From a plasmid, in sequence record NZ_OX291475.1: a stretch of DNA of 64,000 nt. The stretch is one strand, 5' to 3'. The notes under the pieces were generated by a model. That model had not been told where the DNA came from, searched no databases, and saw nothing but the letters and a program-made list of their open reading frames with translations. Below, piece by piece: positions 39,338 to 49,156 of the stretch. Both the position numbers and the translations under genes were made by a program. The stretch's first letter is position 1. Each line of letters opens with the position of its first letter.

Positions 39338-39452
39338 CAGAATAGTTGAGCATATCAATACACTCATCGCCAATCAAAACAGGATTACTACAACATTAAT
39401 AAGATACATTTTTGATATCATTTTAATATTAAAGTGATATCAAAAACACAAT

Positions 39453-39701
39453 TCAGCTTTGAACGTGAAGCAATAAAACTTTCTCCGCAAATCCCTCGTC
39501 CAGTACATAGAAATAACATTCCGGCACGTTGAGTACACGTGCCAGCGCGCACATCGTCGTAAAGGAAGGGGTGTAGGTACCACTCTCGTACTGGGAGATC
39601 CGCGAACGGGCGGTGGCTTCATCAATACCCGCCAGGACACCCAGTTTTTCCTGCGTATAACCAGCCCGGAGGCGGGCGCTTTTCAGTCGTTGGGGAACCA
39701 T
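39453..39701 (-). CDS. XRE-family HTH regulator (82 aa)
   Basis: HTH segment YTQEKLGVLAGIDEATARSRISQYESG. Confidence 0.6.
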   Translation of the reverse strand: MVPQRLKSARLRAGYTQEKLGVLAGIDEATARSRISQYESGTYTPSFTTMCALARVLNVPECYFYVLDEGFAEKVLLLHVQS

Positions 39702-39879
39702 GGTCTGCCGTCATAGAAAGGATTGACGACATGTTTAGCATCACTTAACATCAGACTTGTTTAGAGTTACTAAACATCAGAGACACCAACCATGCAGTAC
39801 GCCAGGAAACACCAGGGAAACAAAAGGCCGGTCACTTGACCGGCCTGCCTTTTATTGGCATTCCACACACCAGTCATTC

Positions 39880-40065
39880 TCTGAGGATCTTTCAGTATCT
39901 CTACCGCGTCCACTCCAGGCATCGAGAACTGGTCGGGGATATAGTGGAGCAGGACGATCTCTTCCACGAACAGCAGTCCGGGTGACCCCATTTTCGAGTG
40001 CAATCCGGCGCAGCGCCAAGGCTACTGGGTAATCGATATTCACCAGAATCGACGACGGCGCGTTA
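39880..40065 (-). pseudogene. Internally deleted remnant of a tyrosine recombinase gene
   Basis: The DNA and translation match the first ~25 codons (IDYPVALALRRIAL) and the last ~25 codons (MPGVDAVEILK) of the intact recombinase at 42246..43022, joined without the catalytic core. Confidence 0.5.
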
Positions 40066-40450
40066 TAGTAGGCCACCGCATGCAGGAACTTGCCAGGAAT
40101 GATAGGAAAGATCACTGATGCTCCTTGAGAAGTACCACGCGAAACTGGTGCCGTAACGCCCCACGGTACGACACCAGTTTTACGCAGCACAAACTTTTAT
40201 GAATTGTACCAATCCCACAGGAAGATTGCCCCAACGGCCGCATACGTCAGCGCTAACCTCCGACGTGCATGGGTTTGGAAAAATCAGTCGGAAGTGAAAA
40301 GTGTCGTAAAAATGAATAAAAACCACTGTTCATGAACTAATTTTCATTTTCAAAATACCATTTTTTAACAACTCAATATATTGAATAATAATGATATTTT
40401 ATGTAAATTTTATCATTTATAAAGTCACCTGTATCTAGATAAGACGGTTT

Positions 40451-40633
40451 TTGCTAAGTACAATTCAAAAACGTTATCGAACAGGAGGATTTATGAACAC
40501 TCTCTACTTAGTAATTTATCTTTTCATCGAACTTTCAAAAGTTGCGGACAAGCTTATTCCTCTATTTACCAGCGCATCTTTGTTAGTTGCGTTAGTGACT
40601 GTGCTGACCCTTTTGTTCAAAGGAAAAGCGTAA
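40451..40633 (+). CDS. Small membrane peptide (60 aa)
   Basis: RBS AGGAGG plus ATG. Two hydrophobic helices. AT-rich. Confidence 0.3.
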   Translation: MLSTIQKRYRTGGFMNTLYLVIYLFIELSKVADKLIPLFTSASLLVALVTVLTLLFKGKA

Positions 40634-41334
40634 TGGCGAAAAAACTCTGGATAAAAATGCCCACAAACTGGATTCATAAGGATGGCTTGCGAGAATTTAG
40701 TTGGTCAGTCCGTTCTGTAAAAGTGAGCAATGCACATAAAATCGCGGCGCTGCAATTGTATGTAGCGATAGCTATGACATGTGAGGATATGGAGATAACT
40801 AACCAAGAGGGGACGTCGCTAACCTGTTTCGCGTCATCACTAACTTACAACAGGCTGCAAGTTATGACAGGACTGAGTAGAGCGTCAGTTGCTGGCGGTC
40901 TGTCACTTCTTGAAAACAACGAAATCATTAAGGTTTTCAGAGAGGGGAGGAAAAATTACTACAGCCCGGCTGACTATAACGGCGTCAGTGGGTGGTGTAA
41001 GGTTCCGTATCGCAGACTACTGAATGACCAGGGTAATGTGACAGCTTTTCACGCATTTAAGTTACGAAGGAAAGCCGAACTGCATGCCCTGAAACTGTAT
41101 CTGTACCTATGCTATGCACGTCCTAACACGTCTCACTTTACGATGGCCTCCTATGAAGCCATCAATAAGGCGACAGGTATTCCTGAAAAATGTATCCCAT
41201 CGGCATATACCGTTCTGGTTGGTACGGGACTACTTTCACACATAGATAAAAGTGCCGAGGAAGGTGCCACAAACAAAAGAATGGCAAACTCCTACTACAT
41301 TACCGGCTATAGGGATCTGCTCCAAAATTTTTAA
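40633..41334 (+). CDS. Hypothetical protein with two winged-HTH-like segments (233 aa)
   Basis: It lies in AT-rich DNA. The architecture resembles small iteron-type Rep initiators but this is unverified. Confidence 0.4.
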   Translation: MAKKLWIKMPTNWIHKDGLREFSWSVRSVKVSNAHKIAALQLYVAIAMTCEDMEITNQEGTSLTCFASSLTYNRLQVMTGLSRASVAGGLSLLENNEIIKVFREGRKNYYSPADYNGVSGWCKVPYRRLLNDQGNVTAFHAFKLRRKAELHALKLYLYLCYARPNTSHFTMASYEAINKATGIPEKCIPSAYTVLVGTGLLSHIDKSAEEGATNKRMANSYYITGYRDLLQNF

Positions 41335-41480
41335 CGTGTGCAATAGAAAGGCCCAGCGTAACTCACTAAGCATCATGATGAGATTACTGTCATGCCGAAT
41401 ACCGTTGGCTAACATCAAGTTTAAAAACCCAAAGTTAGGCACGGTTTTGACAGAAAAACACAGAGCAGATACATAGAGGA

Positions 41481-42206
41481 TCAGAGGCTGTCACGCCAGA
41501 AATCGGCGCTAAAATTATTCAGCCTACCTGTCGTTGTCTGATACGAGTCAGGGATCAATGCACCGTCTCTCCCTTCTCTAAAATATTGCTGCACTGATTG
41601 GAGCCCTAGCGATTTTAGATGCTCCCACTCATGAGATAACTCACTTTGCCTATTTTGCTCTTGTTTAGCCGCACTGAGTTTGCGGGCCGGATGTGGGGAT
41701 GAATAGTCCGGCCGCAAGTCAGCATTGTGTAGAAAAGTGATGCAGCTGTATGACCAGTCATCCTCTACAGACTGGCGCCAGTGGTAGCAAACCCTAACCG
41801 TCAAACGTTCACTAAAATGAAGTGGCCATAGAATTTGCTCGTCGATGCCAAAGAGCAGTGCGTCGACTTCTTCCACATCTACCCTCGATTTCATCTGACT
41901 TACTGCAAAGGATAAATTATCGCCAGCTTTACGGGCTGAGTACCCCGTTTCTTCGCGCTTTTTCGCGGATTTAGCCCTGCCATGTGCAGAGACAGCATTT
42001 TCAAAGTTTGATAATTCTCGGGCCACATACGAACCGCACCTGTAAAGCTGGAGGGTTTGAAGAGGGTAAGTCCTTTCCTCTCTCAGGCTTTGCCTTATTA
42101 GCTGATCCAGCAGTTCAATATCTATCGCTTTAAGGGCATTTTTCACGTCTCGTGGAGTATTTATCTCACTCATCAAATTAATTCCCTTCTTGCTAAGAAG
42201 AACCAT
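41481..42206 (-). CDS. Hypothetical protein (230-241 aa; start at 42206 or 42173)
   Basis: Coding-like with no recognisable motif. Confidence 0.4.
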   Translation of the reverse strand: MVLLSKKGINLMSEINTPRDVKNALKAIDIELLDQLIRQSLREERTYPLQTLQLYRCGSYVARELSNFENAVSAHGRAKSAKKREETGYSARKAGDNLSFAVSQMKSRVDVEEVDALLFGIDEQILWPLHFSERLTVRVCYHWRQSVEDDWSYSCITFLHNADLRPDYSSPHPARKLSAAKQEQNRQSELSHEWEHLKSLGLQSVQQYFREGRDGALIPDSYQTTTGRLNNFSADFWRDSL

Positions 42207-42245
42207 TGGAGAACCTACTCCGCTGGTTTTTAGTTAGTGATGCAA

Positions 42246-43022
42246 TCATGTTCCTTTCAGCATGGCAATGGCGTCAAGTTCCGGCATCGAGAACTGCACC
42301 CGATGCCGCGCCGCCACATCCAGCGCAAACACCTTCGTATAGACCTCCGTGGAGCTGATCGACTTGTGTCCCATCAGCGACTGCAGCACCTTGAGTGGAA
42401 TTCCGGCATACAGCATGTGCATCGCGTAGCTGTGGCGGAAGGTGTGCGGGGTGATAGGCACCGAGAACGTCACACCATCCTGCGCTGCCGCGTCCACGGC
42501 CTCGGCCAGCCAGCTGCGCACCGTTCTGTCAGTGATTGTCCACAGGCGTACTTTCTCCATGCGACCGGTTTTGGGGTCCCGGCGTTCCAGCGGAATTTTC
42601 AGCGTGGCCACCATGGTCTGCAGCTGTGCAACGTATAACGGATCAGACAGCGGCACCAGGCGGTGTGCCGAGCTGCCGGCCGGGAGCCGGCCTGCGGTTC
42701 GCGCGGTTTTCTCTGCCCGCTGCTTGAGCGTGGCCAACTGCGCGAACGGGTAGGGCGATGCCAGCGAAAAATCCCCCCTTGTCAGCGCCAGCGCTTCGTT
42801 AATCCGGGCGCCGGTATTCCATAGCGTAGCCAGCAACATCTTGCGGTGCAGATCCGGCACATAGTGGAACAGGGCGCTCACCTCCGGAGCCAGCAGGTAT
42901 TTCGGCAGTTCGTCCTGTACCAGTGCCATCTGGCGCAGCGCCAGCGCAGCCGGGTAGTCGATGGACACCGGCAGCTGAGCTGCAGTTCCTGGCTGCTGCC
43001 CCAGGGTAACGAGCCCAGCCAT
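42246..43022 (-). CDS. Tyrosine site-specific recombinase (phage-integrase family, 258 aa)
   Basis: The C-terminal catalytic region HTFRHSYAMHML...LMGHKSISSTEVYTKV carries R, H-x-x-R and Y. The start overlaps the upstream gene stop (TGATG). Confidence 0.8.
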   Translation of the reverse strand: MAGLVTLGQQPGTAAQLPVSIDYPAALALRQMALVQDELPKYLLAPEVSALFHYVPDLHRKMLLATLWNTGARINEALALTRGDFSLASPYPFAQLATLKQRAEKTARTAGRLPAGSSAHRLVPLSDPLYVAQLQTMVATLKIPLERRDPKTGRMEKVRLWTITDRTVRSWLAEAVDAAAQDGVTFSVPITPHTFRHSYAMHMLYAGIPLKVLQSLMGHKSISSTEVYTKVFALDVAARHRVQFSMPELDAIAMLKGT

Positions 43023-43840
43023 CAGGATGCCTCTCCGGCTGGAGGTATGTTCAGTGCTGACGCTATAATTTCCCGGTTTTCCTCATTACGCAAGTTACCG
43101 AAATAGCCCACTTCCAGGCGCAGGGACTGGTGTGCCGCCTCTATAAGGTCAGAGACGCTCTGCAGGGCATTCTGTAGCTGCTGCGCGGATATCGCTCTTG
43201 GCACATCATGTTCATCCACGCCGTTACGGTGTACCAGGTCGTTTCGCCAGTCTGCGATCATGCTCAGCGGCTCAACCGGCCAGATGGGGGGGATGTGCAG
43301 CACGGCGCCGAAATAGCGCTCAATGGTTTCAACGTTATGAAACGTCATTCGGGAAACAAAATTCTGCGCCGCAGGCCGGAACAGGGACAGATCCATGTCA
43401 CGGGCAGCATGTTTTTCCGGATTTTTGATTCGTTTGGACTTCATGTAATACGCATCCCTGAAGCGTTTAAGGGGCCAGTCATGTTCTAGCAGGGCCCTGG
43501 CGCAGTACATCAGGTACGCCTCCATGACAGTCACGGCATGGACGAAAGACATCCTGTACACCAGTTCAGGCTGCTCTTTATCGAGCAGGGCATATAACTT
43601 CTTCAGCTCCTGATTTGCGTGCAGGTAACGCTGATGAACATTGTTCAGGGAAGCCACAAACAGCCCGTGTTCATGATCCCACTGAGCCTGATCGGCAAGC
43701 GCCTCCTGCTCCCAGTAGTACAAGTTCGCGGCATGCTCCCATTCTTCAGAGTCGGGGACAACATCCGGGTAATTTTCCGCAAGCCATTCATCAAATCGTT
43801 CAGCTTCAATATCCAACATCAGGTCTTTCATGCTTCCCAT
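43022..43840 (-). CDS. Hypothetical protein (272 aa) translationally coupled to the recombinase; possible HEPN-like protein
   Basis: RN-x3-H motif WRNDLVHRNG near the C-terminus. ATG at 43840 with RBS GAGAGG. Confidence 0.45.
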   Translation of the reverse strand: MGSMKDLMLDIEAERFDEWLAENYPDVVPDSEEWEHAANLYYWEQEALADQAQWDHEHGLFVASLNNVHQRYLHANQELKKLYALLDKEQPELVYRMSFVHAVTVMEAYLMYCARALLEHDWPLKRFRDAYYMKSKRIKNPEKHAARDMDLSLFRPAAQNFVSRMTFHNVETIERYFGAVLHIPPIWPVEPLSMIADWRNDLVHRNGVDEHDVPRAISAQQLQNALQSVSDLIEAAHQSLRLEVGYFGNLRNEENREIIASALNIPPAGEAS

Positions 43841-43937
43841 AACACCTGTACCTCTCTGTGTGGTTTTATAAATGAGAAATCCCGACGCTGGCGACGGCGC
43901 AGGCATCTCGGGGTGAACGCCGGCACCACTAAACCGC

Positions 43938-44135
43938 TCATGCGTTATTCCTCTCGGCCAGTCGTTGCTCGTTCCGCGACTTTCGCTCTTTGCGCCAGCA
44001 TTGCCACAGCGTTTTCTGCGGAGACCAGCGGTATTTGTCGAGGCGGGAAGAGGGTATGCCGGTGATCTGCGGCCACAGGCCGGCGCTGTCTTTGACGATC
44101 TTCACGCCCTCAGTGGCAATAAACCAGTCACCCAT
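43938..44135 (-). CDS. Small hypothetical protein (65 aa)
   Basis: ORF-track frame only; weak support. Confidence 0.25.
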   Translation of the reverse strand: MGDWFIATEGVKIVKDSAGLWPQITGIPSSRLDKYRWSPQKTLWQCWRKERKSRNEQRLAERNNA

Positions 44136-44174
44136 GTGTGTTCCTTATTATTAAGTGCAAAATCACGCCCACCG

Positions 44175-44534
44175 TCAGGGTTGTTCAGCCGCAGCGCTGG
44201 CGATCGCATCCACTGCTTGTTTAACCGAAAAGGACAATCCATCCTTATCTTTCGGTGAAAAATGTACCCAGTAGCACAGATACGTACCGTAGTTCTGGTC
44301 GGTATGACGAGTTTCATAATTTACGCTGAATGCGTAAACCCCCCGGTTGCCCAGGCGATGGTCTGTGATTTCGCAGTAACGCAGATAAAGGTCGCGCAAT
44401 TCATCAAACAACCCTCCCTCTTTCAGCGGACCCACTGCTTTGACTGCTTCACGCTGATCCATGAAATAGTCCACGGCGGCTTTTTTGGATTTAAATTCCT
44501 TCTGCCCAATCTTCACAGGTTTTGAACGTCCCAT
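44175..44534 (-). CDS. Hypothetical protein (119 aa)
   Basis: Coding-like, basic N-terminus. Confidence 0.4.
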   Translation of the reverse strand: MGRSKPVKIGQKEFKSKKAAVDYFMDQREAVKAVGPLKEGGLFDELRDLYLRYCEITDHRLGNRGVYAFSVNYETRHTDQNYGTYLCYWVHFSPKDKDGLSFSVKQAVDAIASAAAEQP

Positions 44535-45216
44535 CCTGAACCCCTTTTGTTAACAGTGAAATAATCACACCCCGTAATCACCCCATCATCACGCCAGTGA
44601 TGATGATCGCCCTCGCAGTTACCCGCCAAAAACATAACCAATATGATAATAAGCAGGAATATAATCACTCAAGTAAATTACAGGATACCCGTCCCGGCAT
44701 GATCCGATTTTTCTTCATATAACAACTTTCCGGAAGTCTACCACGCACAGGAAATAAGCAAAGCGGCGTTTTTCGGTGCCGCGCACCGGGTCACAGGGCA
44801 GGGCGACAACACAACATATAGATGAAAAAGCAGCTGACGATGTGGCACATATTGTGTTTTTCTGCCACTACACGCCGGGCCGGGTGAAGAAGATCCGGGA
44901 CCACCAGAAATCGGATCTGCGTATGAAGAGAATGGAACTACTGCCTCTATGGCAATAAACAACATTTATTATTGCCTTAGTAGCACTGTTGTCATAAATG
45001 CAATAATTGAAATAATCTATTGCATCATGAGTAACTTCTGAAGCTGTTTGCCGCTCGCTCTCATCCTTAACCTGATTAATGCCGGTCGGGTTCAGATCAA
45101 ATATTTATTAACCGGTGATGGAAATAAAATGAAGCCGGAACGGGATCGCCCTACTATGAATAAAATTATACGGCGCCTCCGGGCATTCATCAGCGACTGA
45201 ATAAAGGTATCAAGGA

Positions 45217-47838
45217 ATGTATCCCGTATTTGAGAATGGATCCTGCTGGGTCAAGGTGGATTTTCATCTTCATACCCGTGCAGATAAAGAATTTCGCTAT
45301 GTCGGGGAACCCGACAGCTATATTCGTGACTACGTCAGTGCCCTGAAAGCGGCTGATGTGGGAGTAGGCGTGATCACCAATCATAATAAATTCGATCCCG
45401 GAGAGTTTAAGGCATTACGCAAAGCCGCGCGCCGTGAAGGCACTGAGCTGCTTCCCGGCGTGGAACTCTCTGTCAATGATGGTCAGGCCGGCGTGCACAC
45501 GCTTGTGGTGTTTGCCGATGACTGGTTCATCAACCCGCAGCAGACGAATCATATTGAAAGTTTCCTGACGGCCACGTTTGCGGGCGTTGATAATTTTGAG
45601 AACGAAAATGCCCGTTCAATAGAAAATATCACTCAGACCATCCAGCGCCTTGACCGGTATGAACGGGATTACTTCATTGTGTTTGCCCACGTTGAAGCCC
45701 CTAACGGGTTATGGCGCGGGTTCAGCCCTGGCCGGATCGGGGAGCTTTTTGATAATGAGCTTGTCCGCCGGCGCGTGATGGGGTTTCAGAAGGTGATGAC
45801 CCACGACCTGCGGGTTAAAATTCACGGCGTTCTTGGTAGGCGCTATCCTGCAGAAGTCCAGGGATGCGATGCCAAAACGCTGGATGACATCGGTGCCAGA
45901 AAAGTCGCCAGCTATCTGAAGCTGGGTGATTACAGTTTTGACGCTGTCCGATTTGCGCTGCAGGATTTCCCGCACCGCGTCAGCGGGGAAAAACCGGCCC
46001 TTATCCACAGCCATATCCGTCAGATAGCATTCGAGGGAGCCGGTTCGCTCGGCGGAACCGTGGTGAAATTATCTCCGGAGCTGAACACCCTGATTGGGAT
46101 CCGCGGCAGCGGAAAATCCTCCATACTTGAAGGGATCCGCTATGCCCTGGACATTCCGTTTGGCGAGAAGGCATCTGACCGCGACTACAAAGAAAATCTG
46201 ATCAGTAATTTACTCAAAAGCGGGGGGAAAATTACCGTCGACGCCGTGTGCCGTCTCGGGCGGGCATATCAGATAACCCGAATTTTCGGCCAGGAACCGC
46301 AGGTCATTTTTGACGGCCAGGCCAGGCACGGGGTCGCGCTCCGGGAAACGGTTCTGCACAAGCCAGTGTATTTTGGCCAGAAAGATCTGTCCAATACCGG
46401 CGCAGGGTTTGAACACGATCTGATTGAAAAGCTGGTCGGTGAGCGACTGGTTCCCGTGCGAGAAAAAATCCGGCAGCAGAATACAGTCGTGCTCGACAGG
46501 TTACGCCTGCTTCGTCGCCTGAAAAAATCGGGAGAAGCACTCTCAGAATGGCAGGCAAAAAAGGCGGATGCGCAGTTCCGCCTGCGCTTTTATGCCCAGC
46601 ATGGCATGGAAGAAAAACTGGAGCGGCAGACCACCTTCGGACGGGACGAGCGCTATCTCAGCAATACCTCTGCCCAGGCAACCCAAGCGCTGGACAGTCT
46701 GCAGGACGGTATCAGGGAGACACTCGACGAGTTGAAGCAGGAGCAGAAACATGAATCAGCGCATAACCAGGCCGAGATCGATGACTATTGTGAGGGATAT
46801 GATCGCTTCACGACCCATCTCAACTCCCTGAACACCATCGTCGACGGCGCCCGCCAGCTCCTCACAGAACTCGATACTAAGCAGCAGGCCTTCCAGCAGA
46901 AAAAGCAGGCGCTGACGGAGGAATTTGCCGAAATAGAGCGAGGCCTTGCAGAAGAGTTGCGGCGGGCCGGGGTGGAAAAAGCCGATCCGGCCGACTTTCT
47001 GAAACTAAAGGCTGGGCTGGAAACTGCGGAAGAGAAAATAGATGAGTTAACCCGGGCTGAAACCAGTCAAGCGTTACAGGAGAAGAGCCTCACAGAAGCG
47101 CTGAGCCGGTTGGCTGAACTCTGGGGGGAAGAGTATCACGAAATTGAAGCCGTGCTGGCCACCATCAACCAGGCAGATTCGCCCTTGAAGATCGTGCCGG
47201 CCTTTGCAAGCGACAAAAAAGCCATGCAATCTTTTCTGAAAGAAACGTTTATTGGCAGCCGGTTGCGGGAAAGTACCTACCAGACCGTAGCTGACGGCTT
47301 CAGCGATTTTGGCGAACTCTGGCTGAACAGGGATAAACTCCAGGGGATTATCAACGGCTCTGCTGAGACGTTCGGTGTGTATCTGGAACAGCAGATAGAA
47401 TCGCTAATCGTCTGGCAGATCCCGAATACCTACACCATTGAATTCCGCGGAAAACCACTGGAACAACACTCGCTGGGTCAGCGCGCCTCCGCATTAATGC
47501 TGTTTGTCCTGAATCAGCAGGATAATGATGTGGTGATCATCGATCAGCCCGAAGACGACCTGGACAATCAGACGATTTATGACGACGTGATTAAAATCAT
47601 CAGGACGATGAAACCCCGCACCCAATTTATCTTTGCCACTCACAATGCCAACATTCCGGTTCTGGGTGACGCAGAGAATGTCTGTGCCTGTGAATATTCA
47701 GACGGAAAGATCCAGGCTGCCGGTGGAGGCGTGGATGCACCTCATGTACAACAGCACATTATTTCGGTGATGGAGGGCGGGCGAGAAGCCTTTGAGCGGC
47801 GCAGGGAAGTTTACGGCTCATGGCTCAGTAAAACCTGA
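45217..47838 (+). CDS. Ppl-like single-protein defence candidate: N-terminal PHP phosphoesterase domain fused to an OLD/ABC-type ATPase (873 aa)
   Basis: PHP His motif DFHLHT plus further His/Asp residues at the N-terminus. Walker A LIGIRGSGKSS. Walker B/D-loop IIDQPEDDLD and H-loop FATHN at the C-terminus. Confidence 0.65.
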   Translation: MYPVFENGSCWVKVDFHLHTRADKEFRYVGEPDSYIRDYVSALKAADVGVGVITNHNKFDPGEFKALRKAARREGTELLPGVELSVNDGQAGVHTLVVFADDWFINPQQTNHIESFLTATFAGVDNFENENARSIENITQTIQRLDRYERDYFIVFAHVEAPNGLWRGFSPGRIGELFDNELVRRRVMGFQKVMTHDLRVKIHGVLGRRYPAEVQGCDAKTLDDIGARKVASYLKLGDYSFDAVRFALQDFPHRVSGEKPALIHSHIRQIAFEGAGSLGGTVVKLSPELNTLIGIRGSGKSSILEGIRYALDIPFGEKASDRDYKENLISNLLKSGGKITVDAVCRLGRAYQITRIFGQEPQVIFDGQARHGVALRETVLHKPVYFGQKDLSNTGAGFEHDLIEKLVGERLVPVREKIRQQNTVVLDRLRLLRRLKKSGEALSEWQAKKADAQFRLRFYAQHGMEEKLERQTTFGRDERYLSNTSAQATQALDSLQDGIRETLDELKQEQKHESAHNQAEIDDYCEGYDRFTTHLNSLNTIVDGARQLLTELDTKQQAFQQKKQALTEEFAEIERGLAEELRRAGVEKADPADFLKLKAGLETAEEKIDELTRAETSQALQEKSLTEALSRLAELWGEEYHEIEAVLATINQADSPLKIVPAFASDKKAMQSFLKETFIGSRLRESTYQTVADGFSDFGELWLNRDKLQGIINGSAETFGVYLEQQIESLIVWQIPNTYTIEFRGKPLEQHSLGQRASALMLFVLNQQDNDVVIIDQPEDDLDNQTIYDDVIKIIRTMKPRTQFIFATHNANIPVLGDAENVCACEYSDGKIQAAGGGVDAPHVQQHIISVMEGGREAFERRREVYGSWLSKT

Positions 47839-48013
47839 TGCCATCAGGTTCACTGAGCATCCAGAAAAAGCCGCAAATGCGGCTTTTTCTGTTTCCGATT
47901 ATTGGGGTTTTACCGAATCTCATGGTGGTATGTGTGATCCACCGTGGACGCACTCTACAGATATCATTATATTAGTCAGTAAAAATAGACAAACCGCAAG
48001 GGATGGGATTTAC

Positions 48014-48328
48014 ATGACACAGCTTGAATATAATGAGTTACTCGCCTTATACCGCGCCCGTCTGGATATTGCCTCACAAAGAGGTACCTACGCCTCGATG
48101 CTGCAAAGTATCCTTCGAGACATCAGTAATAAGGTCAAACGTGGCGAACTGACAAAAGAGCAAGGTCTCTCGCTGGCGAAAATACTGTTCAATATTTCCG
48201 TAGAACAGTACCACATTGATGGTGTTGAGTCTCTCAATGAGGAAATCAGAAAGGGGTCTCTTGATATTTCTTACGATGCCGCTGACGCTATGGCTGAAAA
48301 AATAGCCGCCATGAAGGCAAATAGATAA
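48014..48328 (+). CDS. Hypothetical small protein (104 aa) downstream of the ppl-like gene
   Basis: RBS AAGGGA plus ATG. AT-rich. Confidence 0.4.
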   Translation: MTQLEYNELLALYRARLDIASQRGTYASMLQSILRDISNKVKRGELTKEQGLSLAKILFNISVEQYHIDGVESLNEEIRKGSLDISYDAADAMAEKIAAMKANR

Positions 48329-48855
48329 TGGCCGATCTCACAACTATCGAATCAGCAGCATCCGCAGTCTGGTCAACACGTGATTATCTTTATACTGCAG
48401 GCGTTTTTGTGGCCGTCATTTCAGCGTGGATTGCAGGTTATAGCGCATATAAAACTGGGAGGCGTGACCTGAATTCATTAGGGGATTCGGAAATCAAGAC
48501 GTTTGAAATGATTGCAAAAGCTGAAAAGGATTTTGCTGAGTTCAATGCACGTCTTACAGATAAAATTGATTTATTTGATGCTGATCCTGCGAACAAAGGT
48601 AAAGAGTATCCCCTCACTGGTGCGGAAACAGGACTGAGTGATTTCTACACACAAAGCGTGTTGAATGCCTATGAAATTGCCTGCCAACGTTACTTGGACA
48701 AAAAACTCGATGGCGAGAGATTTAAAAAAACATATCGAACGAGGCTTAATAAGATTTGTTCCTCACGAGCATATAACCCCATAATTGATGATGGGAGCCA
48801 TAACTACGCAGCATTGAAAAAAGTAAACGACATCTTTAACAATCCTGAAAAGTAA
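48328..48855 (+). CDS. N-terminally membrane-anchored hypothetical protein (175 aa)
   Basis: TAATG overlap with the preceding gene. TM helix LYTAGVFVAVISAWIAGYSAY. Confidence 0.45.
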   Translation: MADLTTIESAASAVWSTRDYLYTAGVFVAVISAWIAGYSAYKTGRRDLNSLGDSEIKTFEMIAKAEKDFAEFNARLTDKIDLFDADPANKGKEYPLTGAETGLSDFYTQSVLNAYEIACQRYLDKKLDGERFKKTYRTRLNKICSSRAYNPIIDDGSHNYAALKKVNDIFNNPEK

Positions 48856-49156
48856 ATTTAAAGAGCCTGCCAAACACGCAGGCTCTTTAAAAAAAGACAT
48901 CAATACTTTTTTGCCACATTCCGTAAGGAGTGACAACGTCGTTAAATAGCCTTTCATGAATAAAATCGGTGATAAGTAAGAGAATATCGGACAGAACGCT
49001 AAAGAATCAACAGGAAAGGGAAAGTGTAAGGCGGTCAGTAACGCCCATTTACAGCTGTTAGCCCCATATACAGGCGTGGACGGTTGATAACCAAGAGATA
49101 AAATCGGTACAAAGTGGTCTACATGGAGTAAACCACTTCAAGAGGGGTTCCTAAGG

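Noticed and set aside
48856-48900. Hairpin AAAGAGCCTGC..GCAGGCTCTTT after the 175-aa gene, considered as a terminator.
   Set aside because: The flanking A-run is on the wrong side for the + strand and there is no U-tract after the stem on either strand. It is weak and only mentioned here.
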